63,586 nt of DNA, filler included, from Octopus bimaculoides (GCF_001194135.2; 3 parts of 2 records of this genome joined end to end with filler, not necessarily neighbours in it); one strand, 5' to 3'; counted from the whole stretch's first letter, positions 26,333 through 38,608 are shown. The notes: generated from the letters alone by a model not told the origin. Program-made: numbers and translations.

Positions 26333-26735
26333 GCGATATCTGCTCAGAGGCCAACGCAAATGTGCAGAAAGTGTATGGAGAGGAGTGTATGAGCTGCACA
26401 CAAGTGTACGAGTGGTTCAGTTGTTTCCAAGATGACTGGGAAAATGTCGATATTAACGAACGTTCTGGAAGACCCGCAACCAGCAGAATTGAGAAAAACA
26501 TCGCTGATATATGTGCAGCTGTGAGGGGAAATCGTCGAATCACATCCGTGAGTTATTAGAGGGTGTGCAGACTAGTTACGGTTCAATTCAGTCCATTATC
26601 ACTGAAGATGTGGGTATGAGACGCGTGTCTGTCAAGTTTGTGCCAAAACTGCTTTCAGCTGACCAAAATGACACTCGAGTTTCAGTTGCACAAGATCCCC
26701 TTGATTATGTCGAGAATGATGAAAACTTTTTGAAA
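26333..26735 (+). pseudogene. Mariner transposase fragment (HTH region to the start of the catalytic domain), inverted relative to its own 5' end
   Basis: VQKVYGEECMSCTQVYEWF, ERSGRPATS, GNRRIT, GSIQSIITEDVGMRRVSVKFVPKLLSADQ, ENDENFLK. Confidence 0.9.
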
Positions 26736-27011
26736 GGTTTGCGTAGGCCTCTGAGGAAGTATCGCCAAGCTTTTGACAAAATTTGATGCAGATTCTCTGC
26801 TCAACTTTCTCCGTAGCTGTCAATGCGACGATCACACGATACACACGTTTTTTCCAAGCACTGTTATAAACAACGGAGGAGAGCTAGAACGTTAAAATTT
26901 TGTGCGCATGCACAGCAAAGTTCAAGGTCAATCTGTACTAATCGGCTTTACTATGTGTACTTTAGCTTCGTTACTATGGCAACAGTCCGGATACTTATTG
27001 AACATACCTTG
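26736..27011 (-). mobile_element. Mariner 5' end: TIR, leader and transposase N-terminus
   Basis: Minus strand TA|CAAGGTATGTTCAATAAGTATCCGGAC; EQRICIKFCQKLGDTSSEAYAN. Confidence 0.85.
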
Positions 27012-27970
27012 TATAAATCTATACTACATAGATAGTTCCTATATGCTAATTACATCTAATATTACACTTAATTATTAAACCTAGAATAATAAAGTTTAAC
27101 CTAAATCAATATAAATGAATAGAATTTTTTACGGAAGCCTATAGCCTTCACTTAACGACTTAAATGAAATTATATTTAAGTTTATATATATTCTAATCCT
27201 GTATGAAATATTAGTTAATTCCAATTATTTTTAACGTAAATTTTATAGAGGAAATTACTTAAATATGAACAGCCGTGTAAAAGTAAACGTAAGATTTATA
27301 TTAAGATTTGCTGATACAATACATTAAACATTCTCGAGAAAAAGTTCACTTGTATCAGAAAAAAATTATCTTCTTATGTAACATGGTTTACAAAGGAGCT
27401 TGTGAATTATATAAGTCTGTTTTCATCCAAATGCGTTTCCATATTTTTCTCTCAACGTATTTTTATATCTTATGGAATACAACACATTTTCAATAAATAA
27501 ATTCAATAAATATGCTGCGAGAAAATTGTTATTGCTAACGGTATAATAAATGTTGTTGCAGAAACTACGCCTGCATATCAGTTTGGATTTGATTTACACT
27601 GAAATTGACGCTTATATTTATATACAAGTTGTTATCTAATGTGATAGCCTTGGTAACCTCATAAAATCTGAAGGAATTTTCTACACCAACTTGTATCTCA
27701 ACATTTACATGACGAGAATAAAATTTGTAGGGGAATAGGCTTCTGTTAATGATCCTTTTCCACGAATTCATTATGAATTTTTTGGAGAGGAACAGTACTT
27801 AAAATTCTTGTGAAAATTTCATTCCTTAGTCTTCAGAAAAGTTAATGAATTATTGCTTAAGTCGATGCCTAGCCTACTCCATCGAAGTTACTGCTAAACA
27901 CATTCAGTAGTGTCGAAGGTCCAAGATTTTCTCTGACCACAAAACAATCTACGTTTCAAAGTAAAAATTC

Positions 27971-28104
<134 letters not shown>

Positions 28105-28170
28105 GACTCGGTGAACTGGCAGATTCGTTAATATTTCGTCTGTCTTCACGTTCTAAATTCAAATACCTTT

Positions 28171-28270
28171 NNNNNNNNNNNNNNNNNNNNNNNNNNNNNN
28201 NNNNNNNNNNNNNNTTAATTAATTAANNNNNNNNNNNNNNNNNNNNNNNNNNNNNNNNNNNNNNNNNNNN
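28171..28270. other. Artificial scaffold spacer N44-TTAATTAATTAA-N44
   Basis: Exactly 100 bp; six-frame stop linker; identical structure at 59915-60014. Confidence 0.95.
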
Positions 28271-28733
28271 ATATATATATGCATATACTTTTCAATTAAT
28301 TTTAACTGTTTGTTTTATAAGTGCCATGCATGAAACTCTTGGCCTTCAAGTTACTTTTATAACTTTCTGCCAATTAAAAATAATAGAAAGTTATAGATAC
28401 TCTTGTATTGAGTTCTGTTTCTCCTGTGTGTTCTTCTGAACTTATATATGTATGTGTGTATGCATGTACATATGTAGATGTGTGTGATGGTGCATGTATA
28501 TATATAAGTCTGAGATCATTTTATGAGATACAGATAGTTGTGTTTTGGCATGGAAGAGAGAAGCAGAGATGAAGATTGGTGTTTTATCAGCATTTGAGTT
28601 AACATTTATTGTGGTTGAAGATATTGAAGTTTTGTATCTACAATGAATCAACAGAGATTAATGAACTGACACTCAACATGACATCATATTTGAAAGACTT
28701 TCTGGTATTCATATATGTGTATGTCTATGTATG

Positions 28734-28788
<55 letters not shown>

Positions 28789-29594
28789 NNNNNNNNNNNN
28801 NNNNNNNNNNNNNNNNNNNNNNNNNNNNNNNNNNNNNNNNNNNNNNNNNNNNNNNNNNNNNNNNNNNNNNNNNNNNNNNNNNNNNNNNNNNNNNNNNNNN
28901 NNNNNNNNNNTATATATCCGTTTGTGGGCGTTTGTGAAAGAGGAAGAGAGAAAGAGGAAAGGAAGAAAGTTGATGATTAAAGAGGTAGCAAAAGTGAAAA
29001 AGAATATACAAAAGTCTTAAGATCTTTGTAAATCTTACAAATCAAAACTGTGTTTTGTAAACGCAAAAGATTTCTATAATAAAAAGACTCACTAACTATC
29101 ACCCGCAACTGAATCCTCGTCATGCTGGTATAGGAAGATTGGCTTAAAACCATTGATGTCATGGATAATCAAAGAATATTATTTAATCATTGACTTCTGC
29201 GTAATAGATGTATCCAGTTCCTTTCTCTGACGACAAAGCAAAACACTGTCTATTGAATGGTTTTGTTTCTCAGATTAAAATATCTATAAAACCACTGTTA
29301 TGATTCTAGAATCATTGACATCCATAGCAAACCAATATTATTGATTTCTTACAGAGTCTGAAGATGTCAGGTTTAGCAAAAAAGAAGGTTGTATGGCATT
29401 CATGCCTTTCTTTACTAACTTAGAGTGTTATAAGTCAAGGAAAAATCTCTACAGCTAACATGAATTAAAGTTGTAGTTGACAAATGGTGGCGGTGGTTGT
29501 GGTGGTGGTGATTATTATTGTTATTGAGAGAGCAATGCATACCATCAAAGTGACACTGGGGTACAAATATACAAAGCCCATTATTATTATTATT

Positions 29595-29710
29595 GCCTTT
29601 GCACAGCTTCTAACGCTGGAGATGTACTAGTGTCAGTTCACTACCAGTGAACTAACGTAACACCTCTTATTTTTCAAGCACCTTCTGGAGTATTCGAGGG
29701 GTTTCAAGAT
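29595..29710 (-). mobile_element. Severely 5'-truncated R4/Dong-type non-LTR fragment
   Basis: Minus strand LETPRILQKVLEK* plus about 70 bp of 3' UTR; (TAA)n on both sides. Confidence 0.6.
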
Positions 29711-29733
29711 TATTATTATTATTATTATTATTA

Positions 29734-30081
29734 TATGTTTGACTTTTGCTTTGTATTTGTACAAGCTGACTCCAAGTCTCACCCAGAGACCTCAAGAGAC
29801 AACAAGTTAGAAGTTCAAGTTGGTGTTATGCCTAGGGTGTCATATATTTGGTTTTGTACATAGTGTTGTTCGAGAGAATGTTTAAGGAGACATAAGAAAA
29901 TTATACGTTTGTTTCAAAATTTGAGATTACATAGACAATATTTTACGTAGGATATGGGCAGTTCCCATGAGTGCTATCTTTTGAATTTCTGCCATTATGG
30001 AGTTTCCTGGTATCTGAGCTAGGTAGCAATCAGCCCCTTTTGCTATCATTCCTAGGGCTCCTATGACAACAGGTATTGTTC
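29734..30081 (-). mobile_element. 5'-truncated R4/Dong-type retrotransposon (C-terminus + 3' UTR)
   Basis: TIPVVIGALGMIAKGADCYLAQIPGNSIMAEIQKIALMGTAHILRKILSM*; same family as 31682-32122; (TAA)n flanks. Confidence 0.85.
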
Positions 30082-30101
30082 TATTATTATTATTTTTATT
30101 A

Positions 30102-30318
30102 TTAAGGCTGCAAGCTGGCAGAATCATTAACACACTGGACGAAATGCTTAGCAGCATTTCATCCATCTTCACGCTCTGAGTTCAAATTCTGCTGAAGTCA
30201 ACTTTGCTTTTCATCCTTTTTGGGGTCATTGAAAGAAGTACCAGTTACGCACTGGGCTTGATGTAATTGACCTGCTCCCTTCCCCAAAATTTCAGGCCTT
30301 GTGCCCATAGTAGAAAAG

Positions 30319-30365
<47 letters not shown>
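30102..30365 (+). mobile_element. SINE family A copy with (ATT)n tail
   Basis: aaggctgcaagctggcagaatc...gaaaagattattatt. Confidence 0.9.
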
Positions 30366-30366
<1 letters not shown>

Positions 30367-30569
30367 GACATTGCACAGTATACAATATCATGGGGTTGTT
30401 GATTGAAGATATTGTATCTACTGGAGGTTTGTACTGTTTGTCGAGTCACTACAAGGACCTCAGACAGACAGTACTTTACGCAATAAGTGTGCAGTTCCAA
30501 GTAATACTGACTTTTGCAATACATCTAGATGGTAGGCTATTTCTAAGGTTTCCAAATGTTTTTTTTTTT

Positions 30570-30862
30570 TCGGATTGGGTGGTATTGAACCCAATGCTCC
30601 GATGACAATAGGGATAACCTTTATGTTCGACTCTCATAGCTGCCACATGTTAGCAATCTCAATTCTCAGGTTTCCATATTTATCAATCTTTTCTATTTCT
30701 TTCATGATAATATGTTGATCTCCTGGCACTGCCGCATCAATTATTAGGCACTCTTGTTTGTCCCTCCTAAAGGCTACTATATCCAGCCTTTGGTGCTCTA
30801 ACACTTTGTCTGTCTGGAAATCAAAGTCCCAGTGGATTTTTGCCTTCCCCTTTTCCAGTTAT
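30570..30862 (-). pseudogene. R4/Dong-type restriction-like endonuclease domain fragment
   Basis: KIHWDFDFQTDKVLEHQRLDIVAFRRDKQECLIIDAAVPGDQHIIMKEIEKIDKYGNLRIEIANMWQL*ESNIKVIPIVIGALGSIP. Confidence 0.9.
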
Positions 30863-31288
30863 TCAACATTTAATAGTTTCAGGTAAATTTCTACCTGCAT
30901 CACCTGCAACACCTGTGTTGCTGGAGTGTGTGCAGTATTGTGCATTCTTTTTTGTTGTTGGGGGTGGGTAGGGGAGCAAACTCTTCCTGCTATTGTATTG
31001 TATACACCTGTGTGTTTTGTGTATAGTGTTGCCATGTAGATTGCATATAATATTTCAATTTAGTCGTCATCTGTCCATTGTTCTCTTCTGTTTTTGTTTT
31101 TCATTTGAGCAGTGACATTAAGAGACATGTCTGTCTGTTCAGTGTTAACTTTTTTTCACAGCGTACCATCTCTGAATGTGTGCTGAGGCTTCTTTCATGT
31201 CATTATAACCTGAGACTCACAGATTGAAATTCACCTCTATTTCTTTTCATAGTTTTATTACCAAGCATATCTACTTGTTTTCTCTCTG

Positions 31289-31325
<37 letters not shown>

Positions 31326-31328
<3 letters not shown>

Positions 31329-31633
31329 GAAAACTCAGCTTATTTCGCTGGGTATGATGGAAAGTGTCAGCTGTCCACAGCCAGCAGACTAAGGTGACAC
31401 TTGTTTTACTGGTCATGCTTCAAGAACCCTGCAAAGAATTATTCCAGTTCCAAGCAATGCTGATTTTTGTAGGTGTTCTACCTTCGCACTTGCGCCGATC
31501 TTTTTCAGCCATGTTGCTAGTTGAGCACTGATACTTCCAAGTGCACCAATTACTATTGGTATCACATCTACTCTCTTCATTGACCAGAACCTTCGTATTT
31601 CCCACTTTAAATCGTTGTAGTTGTTTATTTTTG

Positions 31634-31640
<7 letters not shown>
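31326..31640 (-). mobile_element. 5'-truncated R4/Dong-type fragment, distinct subfamily
   Basis: YNDLKWEIRRFWSMKRVDVIPIVIGALGSISAQLATWLKKIGASAKVEHLQKSALLGTGIILCRVLEA* (a frame not listed in the ORF track); (TAA)n flanks. Confidence 0.88.
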
Positions 31641-31681
<41 letters not shown>

Positions 31682-31685
<4 letters not shown>

Positions 31686-32122
31686 GTTTGACTTTTGCTT
31701 TGTATTTGTACAAATTGGCTCCAAGTCTCACCCAGAGACCTCAAGAGACAACAAATTAGAAATTCCTATTGGTGTTATGCCTAGGGTGTCATATATTTGG
31801 TTTTGCACTTGGTATTGTTCTAGAGAGTGTTTAAGAAAACAAGAAAATTATGAGTTTGTTTTAAAATTTGAGATTACATAGACAGTATTTTACGTAGGAT
31901 AATGGCAGTTCTCATAAGCATTATGTTTTGAATTTCTGCCATTTTGGAGTTTCCTGGTATATGAGCTAGGCAAGAATCACCCCCTTTTGCCATCATTCTT
32001 AGGGCACCTATGACAACAGCTATTGTTTTAGTCTTCAGGTTCCACATTTTGCTAATTTCTATTTCAAGATCTTTATACTTGCTCAGTTTTTGGTAGATCT
32101 TGGCAGATACGTTTATATAATT
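31682..32122 (-). mobile_element. 5'-truncated R4/Dong-type retrotransposon
   Basis: KLSKYKDLEIEISKMWNLKTKTIAVVIGALRMMAKG...ILRKILSM* plus 3' UTR matching 29734-29930. Confidence 0.88.
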
Positions 32123-32144
32123 ATTATTAGTGTTGTTGTTATTA

Positions 32145-32288
32145 TGGCAGTGAACTGGCAGAATCGTTAGCATGCTGGAGAAAATGCTTAGTGATGTTTC
32201 ACCTGGCTTTACATTCTGAGTTCAAATCCTGCTGAGGTTGACTTTGCCTTGCATCCTTTCGGAGTCAATAAAATAAGTACCAGTTGAA
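32145..32288 (+). mobile_element. SINE family A copy, 3'-interrupted
   Basis: atggcagtgaactggcagaatcgttagc...aataagtaccagttgaag. Confidence 0.85.
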
Positions 32289-32417
32289 GCCAAACATCTC
32301 AGAAAGTTTCATCCAAATACATCCAGTGGTTCTTGAGATATCTTGTCCATGGACAAACAAACAAATAAACAAACGCAACTGAAAACAATACCTCTGCCTT
32401 CGCTAAGGTGGAGGTAA
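32289..32417. mobile_element. Terminal fragment of a second HINE/DINE-1-like family
   Basis: aaagtttcatccaaat...(CAAA)n...hairpin ACCTCTGCCTT-cgct-AAGGTGGAGGT (32390-32415), with the same GGAGGTAA end as 23633. Confidence 0.6.
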
Positions 32418-32521
32418 TAATAACAATGATCCTTTTTACTATAAGCACAAGGCCTGAAATTTTAAGGGAGGTAACTGACCCCAGTACCAGTTGGTGCTTA
32501 TATTAGGAATCCCAAAAGATG

Positions 32522-32558
<37 letters not shown>

Positions 32559-33045
32559 TGTAGCAGGCAGGCAGGTAGGTAGAATAGTAAGAGATGTAGA
32601 GAAAGTCGACAAGACAGACAACTGCATAATGATAATAATGATTGAAGAGTAACATAGAAGCTTAGTTTATTTTTTTATATATATTTTCTTTCTTGCTTGT
32701 TATTTAGTTTTTGTTTTATTTTCCTGCTGCTCTACTTAGCTTTGGAGAATGAATACATCAATGAACAGAATAAGAAAATATAGATTTCTAACAGATCTAT
32801 ATAATCAGATCTTAACTAATTGACTGCATATCTTGCTAGTAACGGTTGTAATGTAATGTTGATCCATGTAAGACTTTATTTTTGGTCAATTTACTTACTA
32901 AACTGGTATTGTTAATTAAAATGGTTAAGATAGTGTGAGATCTCAGCTCAGCTTATCTGCATCTTTTAGTTTCTTCATTTAGTTATTTATTTTCATTTTA
33001 GAGAACTTTTTTAGGCTTCATTTTATTGTTGTTTTTTTATTACAG

Positions 33046-33075
33046 CCCTCCACACATTGACAGAAACAAAGATTG
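33046..33075 (+). other. Candidate 30-nt microexon
   Basis: Long pyrimidine tract + ttacag acceptor, TTG|gtaatg donor; LHTLTETKI or PPHIDRNKD. Confidence 0.2.
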
Positions 33076-33329
33076 GTAATGGAGTGGCACTAAAAAATAT
33101 TAAATGCATAGAATTTAACATACATATACCCCTTAGCTCTCTTAGGTCTTAGATCCTCCAGTACTGCCAGCTCAACATGCATTGATCCTTTTCCAGACAT
33201 CCTGTTTGCTTGCCTTGCTCCTAGCTCTACTTGGGCCAACTCCCATTGCTGTCATGTCATCCCAGAACATATTGCACCACATCTTGTTTACACACATTTT
33301 ATATACGCACACACACGTGTGTACACACA

Positions 33330-33620
33330 TCATCATCATCATCGTTTAACGTCCACCTTCCATGCTATCATGGGTTGGACGATTTGACTGAAGACTGGTG
33401 AAACCGGATGGCTACACCAGGCTCCAATCTGATTTGGCAGAGTTTCTACAGCTGGATGCCCTTCCTAACGCCAACCACTCCGAGAGTGTAGTGAGTGCTT
33501 TTACGTGCCACCGGCACGAAGGCCAGTCAGGCGGTACTGGCAACGATCTCGCTCGAATGTCTTTATACGTGCCACCAGCACAAGTGCCAGGAAGGCGACG
33601 CTGGGCACAGGTGCCATCAC
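33330..33620 (-). mobile_element. Repeat family C ((GAT)n-tailed SINE or LINE 3' end)
   Basis: catcatcatcgtttaacgtcc...ggatgcccttcctaacgccaaccactc. Confidence 0.9.
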
Positions 33621-33879
33621 AATATATATATATATATATATACACATACACGCACATATATATACACACACACACACCGATTCACACATACATTCACTTG
33701 TACTCATCTACTGTTAGACCAACAGCCACCTATGCCTGTGAAACCTGGAAGAAGACAACAGATCTCTCAATTGCGGGACAGAAATATGGTGGAAAGAAGC
33801 ATTGTCAATAATATATACTCCAATATTTGACTGGACTCTGTTATTTTTTTTTTAGTTTTATTGATCAAACAATGGAGTT

Positions 33880-34068
33880 GGTGCCATGTAAAAACTACTG
33901 GTACCAGTGCCACATAAAAAGCATGTAGTACATTCTGTAAAGTGGTTGGCATTAGGAAGGGCATCCAGCTGTAGAAACCATGCCCAAACAGACAAGTGGA
34001 CCTAGTCTGGCTCCTGACAAACCATCTGACTCATGCCAGCATGGAGAACGGACATTAAAGGATGATTA
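33880..34068 (+). mobile_element. Repeat family C copy
   Basis: gtggttggcattaggaagggcatccagctgtagaaacc...catgccagcatggagaacggacattaa. Confidence 0.85.
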
Positions 34069-34509
34069 TGAAATAACAAAAAAACAATGTTGACTTGAGT
34101 AAGATTTGAACTTGAGTAGAGAGCTGGAAGAAACGGAAACCATGCTGTCACAGGTATACGAGTACAGTGGGGGGGCTTGTAACAAATTTTGTCATTTGTT
34201 TTAGGAAGCTATGTAGTTGTGAACAGACATATAGATACCTACTGAGCTCTGGCACCCTTGACCCTGTGAAGCACCAAGGACATGATAACTGGAACGAGAG
34301 ACGGCTGTACAGGCAGTTGGTCAGTATTCATTTTCAACAAAAGGGACCAAAGCAATGTGAAACAATGTACTTTGTTCAGGAACATAATGTGCTGCCTGCT
34401 CCCAAAATGGAACCCATGACTTTATGATTGTTAAGTCAACATCCTAATATGTAAGGTATTCTGTATAATTACATAATGATTGTACCAATCTGTGATAGTA
34501 AAAGTTCAG

Positions 34510-34680
34510 GCAGTGAGCTGACAGAATCATTAGCACGTTATCCTTCTTTATGTTGCGAGTTCAAATCCTGCCGAGGTCAACTTTACCTTTCATCCTTTCA
34601 GAATCAGTAAAATAAGTACCAGTTACAACTTACCCATTTCTTCAAACTTACTGGCTTTGTGCCAAAATTTGAAACCATTA
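34510..34680 (+). mobile_element. SINE family A copy
   Basis: aggcagtgagctgacagaatc...gccaaaatttgaaaccatt. Confidence 0.85.
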
Positions 34681-35854
34681 TGACAGTAAAAGTTTTCTAA
34701 CTTTTGATTTGTGTTGTAAGTTAAGATCTTTCGAAGAACCTCATCACATTCAGTATAATTTCAATCATCTTCAAATGCCACAGCTGTAATCTCAGTACAT
34801 TTCATTGTTCTTCAGCCCTGATTCTAGTATTTTCCAATAATGTCTTTCATACACATTTACTTTCCTTTTAAATAACAAATATATATCTAGCAATCTTTTT
34901 ATCATATAATATAATTTAATGCTAAAGAAATTTGATGACTTGAAACTCAATTATACCTGATGCTGGAGATTGATTCCTATTACCATTTTTATTTCATTTT
35001 CTGCTCTCAGCTGATCGGTGCACATATTTCCTAATGGACAATCCATTCTGCATTATCAGACTTTGTCTACCATCTTTTCTGAGTCATTTTTTTACAATTT
35101 AAACAGAAAAAATATTTTTCCTTTTTGTGGAGGGAAATTTATTCTTCTGAAACATTTTTTTTTTTTTAACAGTTAATGGAAATATTCTATATCTATTCTA
35201 TTTCTTCTTTTGTTTTGCTTCACTTGAAATAAAAATCAATTTGTTGTTCACAATTTAAGCTTAAGTTCTGGGATGATAGCTAGAAAGCTGAACAAGCAAC
35301 TTTACTCAAATCCGTTTTGTTTTTTAGCTACTGTTTACTTTTTGTTCTGAAATCTCTTTTTAATAGGTTAGACATAGTATTCAAAATATATTCAGTCAAT
35401 GAATGGGTAGGCTCTGTACAGTTGTTTGACCTGCTTTAAATGGTAGCAAAATCTCCCTTAAATTCCTCTCTACTGTTTTAGAAAAAAAGATGCATTTGAC
35501 AATATGGTCTTAGATGAGCTATTCCTAGGAAAAGAATGTGCAACTAACAATTTGCCTTCATAAATTGTTAAATGGTTGTGGCCAGCTTCTAGCCTGGTCA
35601 GAGTTTAAAATATAACATTAAGTGTGTGTGTATGTGTGTCTGTGTGTGACCAAGAAATAAATTCAAATGTTAAAAGCCATGGAATGGAATAAAAACAGAA
35701 TAATCTCCTAACAATCTAACAATTTAATTTTTCAAATATAATTAGTGGCTCAGACTTAATCCAGAACATTGGACTGGATACAATGTTGGCTGCGTGCAAA
35801 AATGTATTTTTATAGATTTCAGTTTCACTTGTGTTAGCATTTAGTTAACTTTAT

Positions 35855-36670
35855 TGTTGGTGGTGATGTTGTTGTTGTTGTACAAATGTTGTTACATGCT
35901 AATTTAGTTGGCATGTAATAGCCTTTGTATAGAGATGTTATCCTGAGGTCTGGCGACAACAAGTCTTTTCAAATTTCAAGAATCTTTCTTGGGATTCTTA
36001 CAGAATACAGAATGGTGCTTTTCTGTGATTTGAACAGTATATGTCTCAATTCCATTATATTTCAGCATCTTTGGCAATAATTAGGATGTTGTATTGAGTG
36101 CTACAACCAATTTTCACAGGAACTATTTTCATCCTTGTGTTCCAGTTTCTTTATCTCTTTTACTTGATCCTGATATTTTTTTTTGGCTTTCTCAAGTTCA
36201 TTGATATCAACAACACTATTGTATAGGATTACAAATCAGTGATCATAAAGTATGTTTTCTTTTTTTTTTTTATGTGGGGTGGGTTTATTCTCTGTGTTTG
36301 CATCTGCTCTCCTTGCTTCAATAGTCTCTGTAAAGAAATCCCATAAAGTCCTGTAATCCTTCACCATGATAATCTCTGAATTCTGTGCATCTGTCACTTC
36401 AAAATTCTATCATTTCAATGAACTCTTTTACAAATTACATATACATCCACATCTGTGTTTATGCCCTTTTTCTGATAGCTTACTGTACTTGCTCAGAAGA
36501 TGAGTAATACTTCCATCTCCTTTTCTACACAATTTGCATTTGCTTTATAACTGAGTTTTATCAATGATTGTCTTTGTTAAACTTGTTCTAATGGCTTGTT
36601 TCTGAGCTGCTATAATGCAATTCAGGTTTCCACCTCTCAGCCATAACAACATATGTCATTTGTTTCTGAT
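35855..36670 (-). pseudogene. Degraded R4/Dong-type 3' region (CCHC finger + RLE + 3' UTR)
   Basis: WLRGGNL..IIAAQKQAIRT...SKCKLCRKGDGSITHLLS; LWDFFTETIEARRAD; KYQDQVKEIKKLWNTRMKIVPVKIG; QKSTILYSVRIPRKILEI* (assembled across frameshifts). Confidence 0.85.
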
Positions 36671-36699
36671 TTAGGCACAATGTCAGTAATTTTGGCAAA

Positions 36700-37020
36700 A
36701 TTGGTTAGTTGACACCATCGACCCCAGTACTTGACTGGTACTTTATTTTATCAATCTGGCAGGGAAGACAAAGCTGACCTCAGATGGATTTGTACTCAAA
36801 ATATTAAAATGTAAAGAGGCAAAATAAATGCTGTAAAATGCTTTGCAGTATTTGTTCTGCTGCTTTACATTCTGGGTTCACATCCCTCCAAGGTCAGCTT
36901 TGTCTTTCATCTTTTCATGGTTGATAAAATATAATACCATTCAAGTACTGGAGTCAGTTTATGTGACTACCCTTCACCTACCCAAATTTGAGGTATTGTA
37001 CCTTTGGTAGAAATCAATAT
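36700..37020. mobile_element. Two degraded SINE A fragments in opposite orientations
   Basis: catcgaccccagtacttgactggtactttattttatc (-); gtcagctttgtctttcatc...gataaaatataatacc (+). Confidence 0.7.
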
Positions 37021-37174
37021 CTTAGAAGTAGTAGCAATATTTTCTTGAGTGATGGTATGACTCATTAGAATCCCAAAGAATTATTGCAGAAACTTTCCAA
37101 TACCCTGTTTTGTACCTCATATTTTAATCTTGGCTAAGTCCCATACCAATATAGATTTCTACCTTTCACTTTGT

Positions 37175-37345
37175 AAAAAGCATCCAGTACACTCAGTAAA
37201 GTGGTTAGCATTAGGAATGGCATCCAGCCATAGAAACCATGTCAAAACAAACAATTGGAGCCTGGTGCAACTCTCTAGCTTGCCAGCTCCTTGTCAGACC
37301 ATCCAACCCATGCCAGCATGAAAAATGGACGTTAAATGATGGTGA
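37175..37345 (+). mobile_element. Repeat family C copy
   Basis: aaaaagcatccagtacactc...ccaacccatgccagcatgaaaaatggacgttaaatgatg. Confidence 0.85.
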
Positions 37346-37681
37346 CTTCACTATGAAAGTGAGATTTATTCAACTAGATATTCCCCTTCTTCATAAAAAG
37401 TATCTTTGTACGTAATCCAAATATAAGAACCCTTTCCAGTTGTGATTGACTGTATGTTTTTGTACTTGGTAAGCCCTTCTCCCTACCTTCAGAAGAATAG
37501 GAGTTGCTGAAGTATCCAAAGCTTTCTCTCTTCACTCCACTGATAATGTCCAAGGGAAAGCAAAGCCAATGCTAGCTTGACACCAGTGTCATCACAGAAC
37601 AAGTAAAATGTGGCTGTTATCATAACATATATTGTAAAATAACCATCACTTAAGAAAGGTTTCTAAACATGCACGTGTGTA

Positions 37682-37723
<42 letters not shown>

Positions 37724-37877
37724 TGCCTTCATAATTAAAATCACTTGCTTGTGATGATGATGATTGAGAATGTCATATTTGAATTATAAAATTTCTATAT
37801 TGCTAATGAATGTCGTGTAATTGAATATTTTAGCACTTCATTCCTGACTGACAAATGGAGAGAAATTATCTTCACAG

Positions 37878-37945
37878 GACCATAAACATTACACTAGATT
37901 ACACAAATGGCTTACAAGATAATCAATCATTGATGATTTACAGAG
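37878..37945 (+). other. Candidate 68-nt exon TINITLDYTNGLQDNQSLMIYR
   Basis: ttatcttcacag acceptor, GAG|gtaatc donor, one open frame; no homology recognised. Confidence 0.2.
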
Positions 37946-38608
37946 GTAATCACTACAGTAAATGACAGTATTCCTGTGAAAATTTATTTCACTGATTTAT
38001 AACAAAGGCACACACACAGACACTGTCATATGCATACACACATGCACATACACACACATTCACTCACTCGCTCACATACACATACCCTGTTAGCATAATT
38101 TATAGATTGGCAATGACCGGATGTTTATGATATTAGTTCAATAATCTTGTAGAGAATGTTTCAACATCTTGACATCTTTATTCTGTTAATCTACAGCCTG
38201 AAGGTAAGACATTGGAACTGGAACGATGCCTAATTAGATATCCTTAACCCTTTTAGCTTCACAATTTCTGCCAGCTCTTAACGACAACCGTAGCATATAG
38301 CTAGCTATATCGCTCTTCACTTTGTTGTTGTTAAGATAAATTGAAAGCATATGATTTATAAAGACACAAAACTACCTTCATTTGATTTAGTTTTAGTGTT
38401 GCCAAACGTTCTCTTGAAAGAATTCAAACTGGCTGTAATTCGGTAACAACTCTTAAAATGGAAAACAAAAGCAAAAACAAACATAGAATATACGCAGAAA
38501 GATTGAATAATATTGGAAGAAAATATCAATTTAGCAACTTCTCTGTAATTCAGTGGAGATGGCCAAGACAATGGAATAGGATGCCATAATAGTCAGTATT
38601 AACCTATC

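Noticed and set aside
27565-27771. 68-aa minus ORF (HVNVEIQVGVENSFRFYEV...) as a gene
   Set aside because: No recognisable homology or convincing splice sites; the length is expected by chance.
28215-28226. TTAATTAATTAA palindrome inside N runs (also 59959-59970)
   Set aside because: Symmetric N44-12-N44 spacer with stops in all six frames: an assembly linker, not biology.
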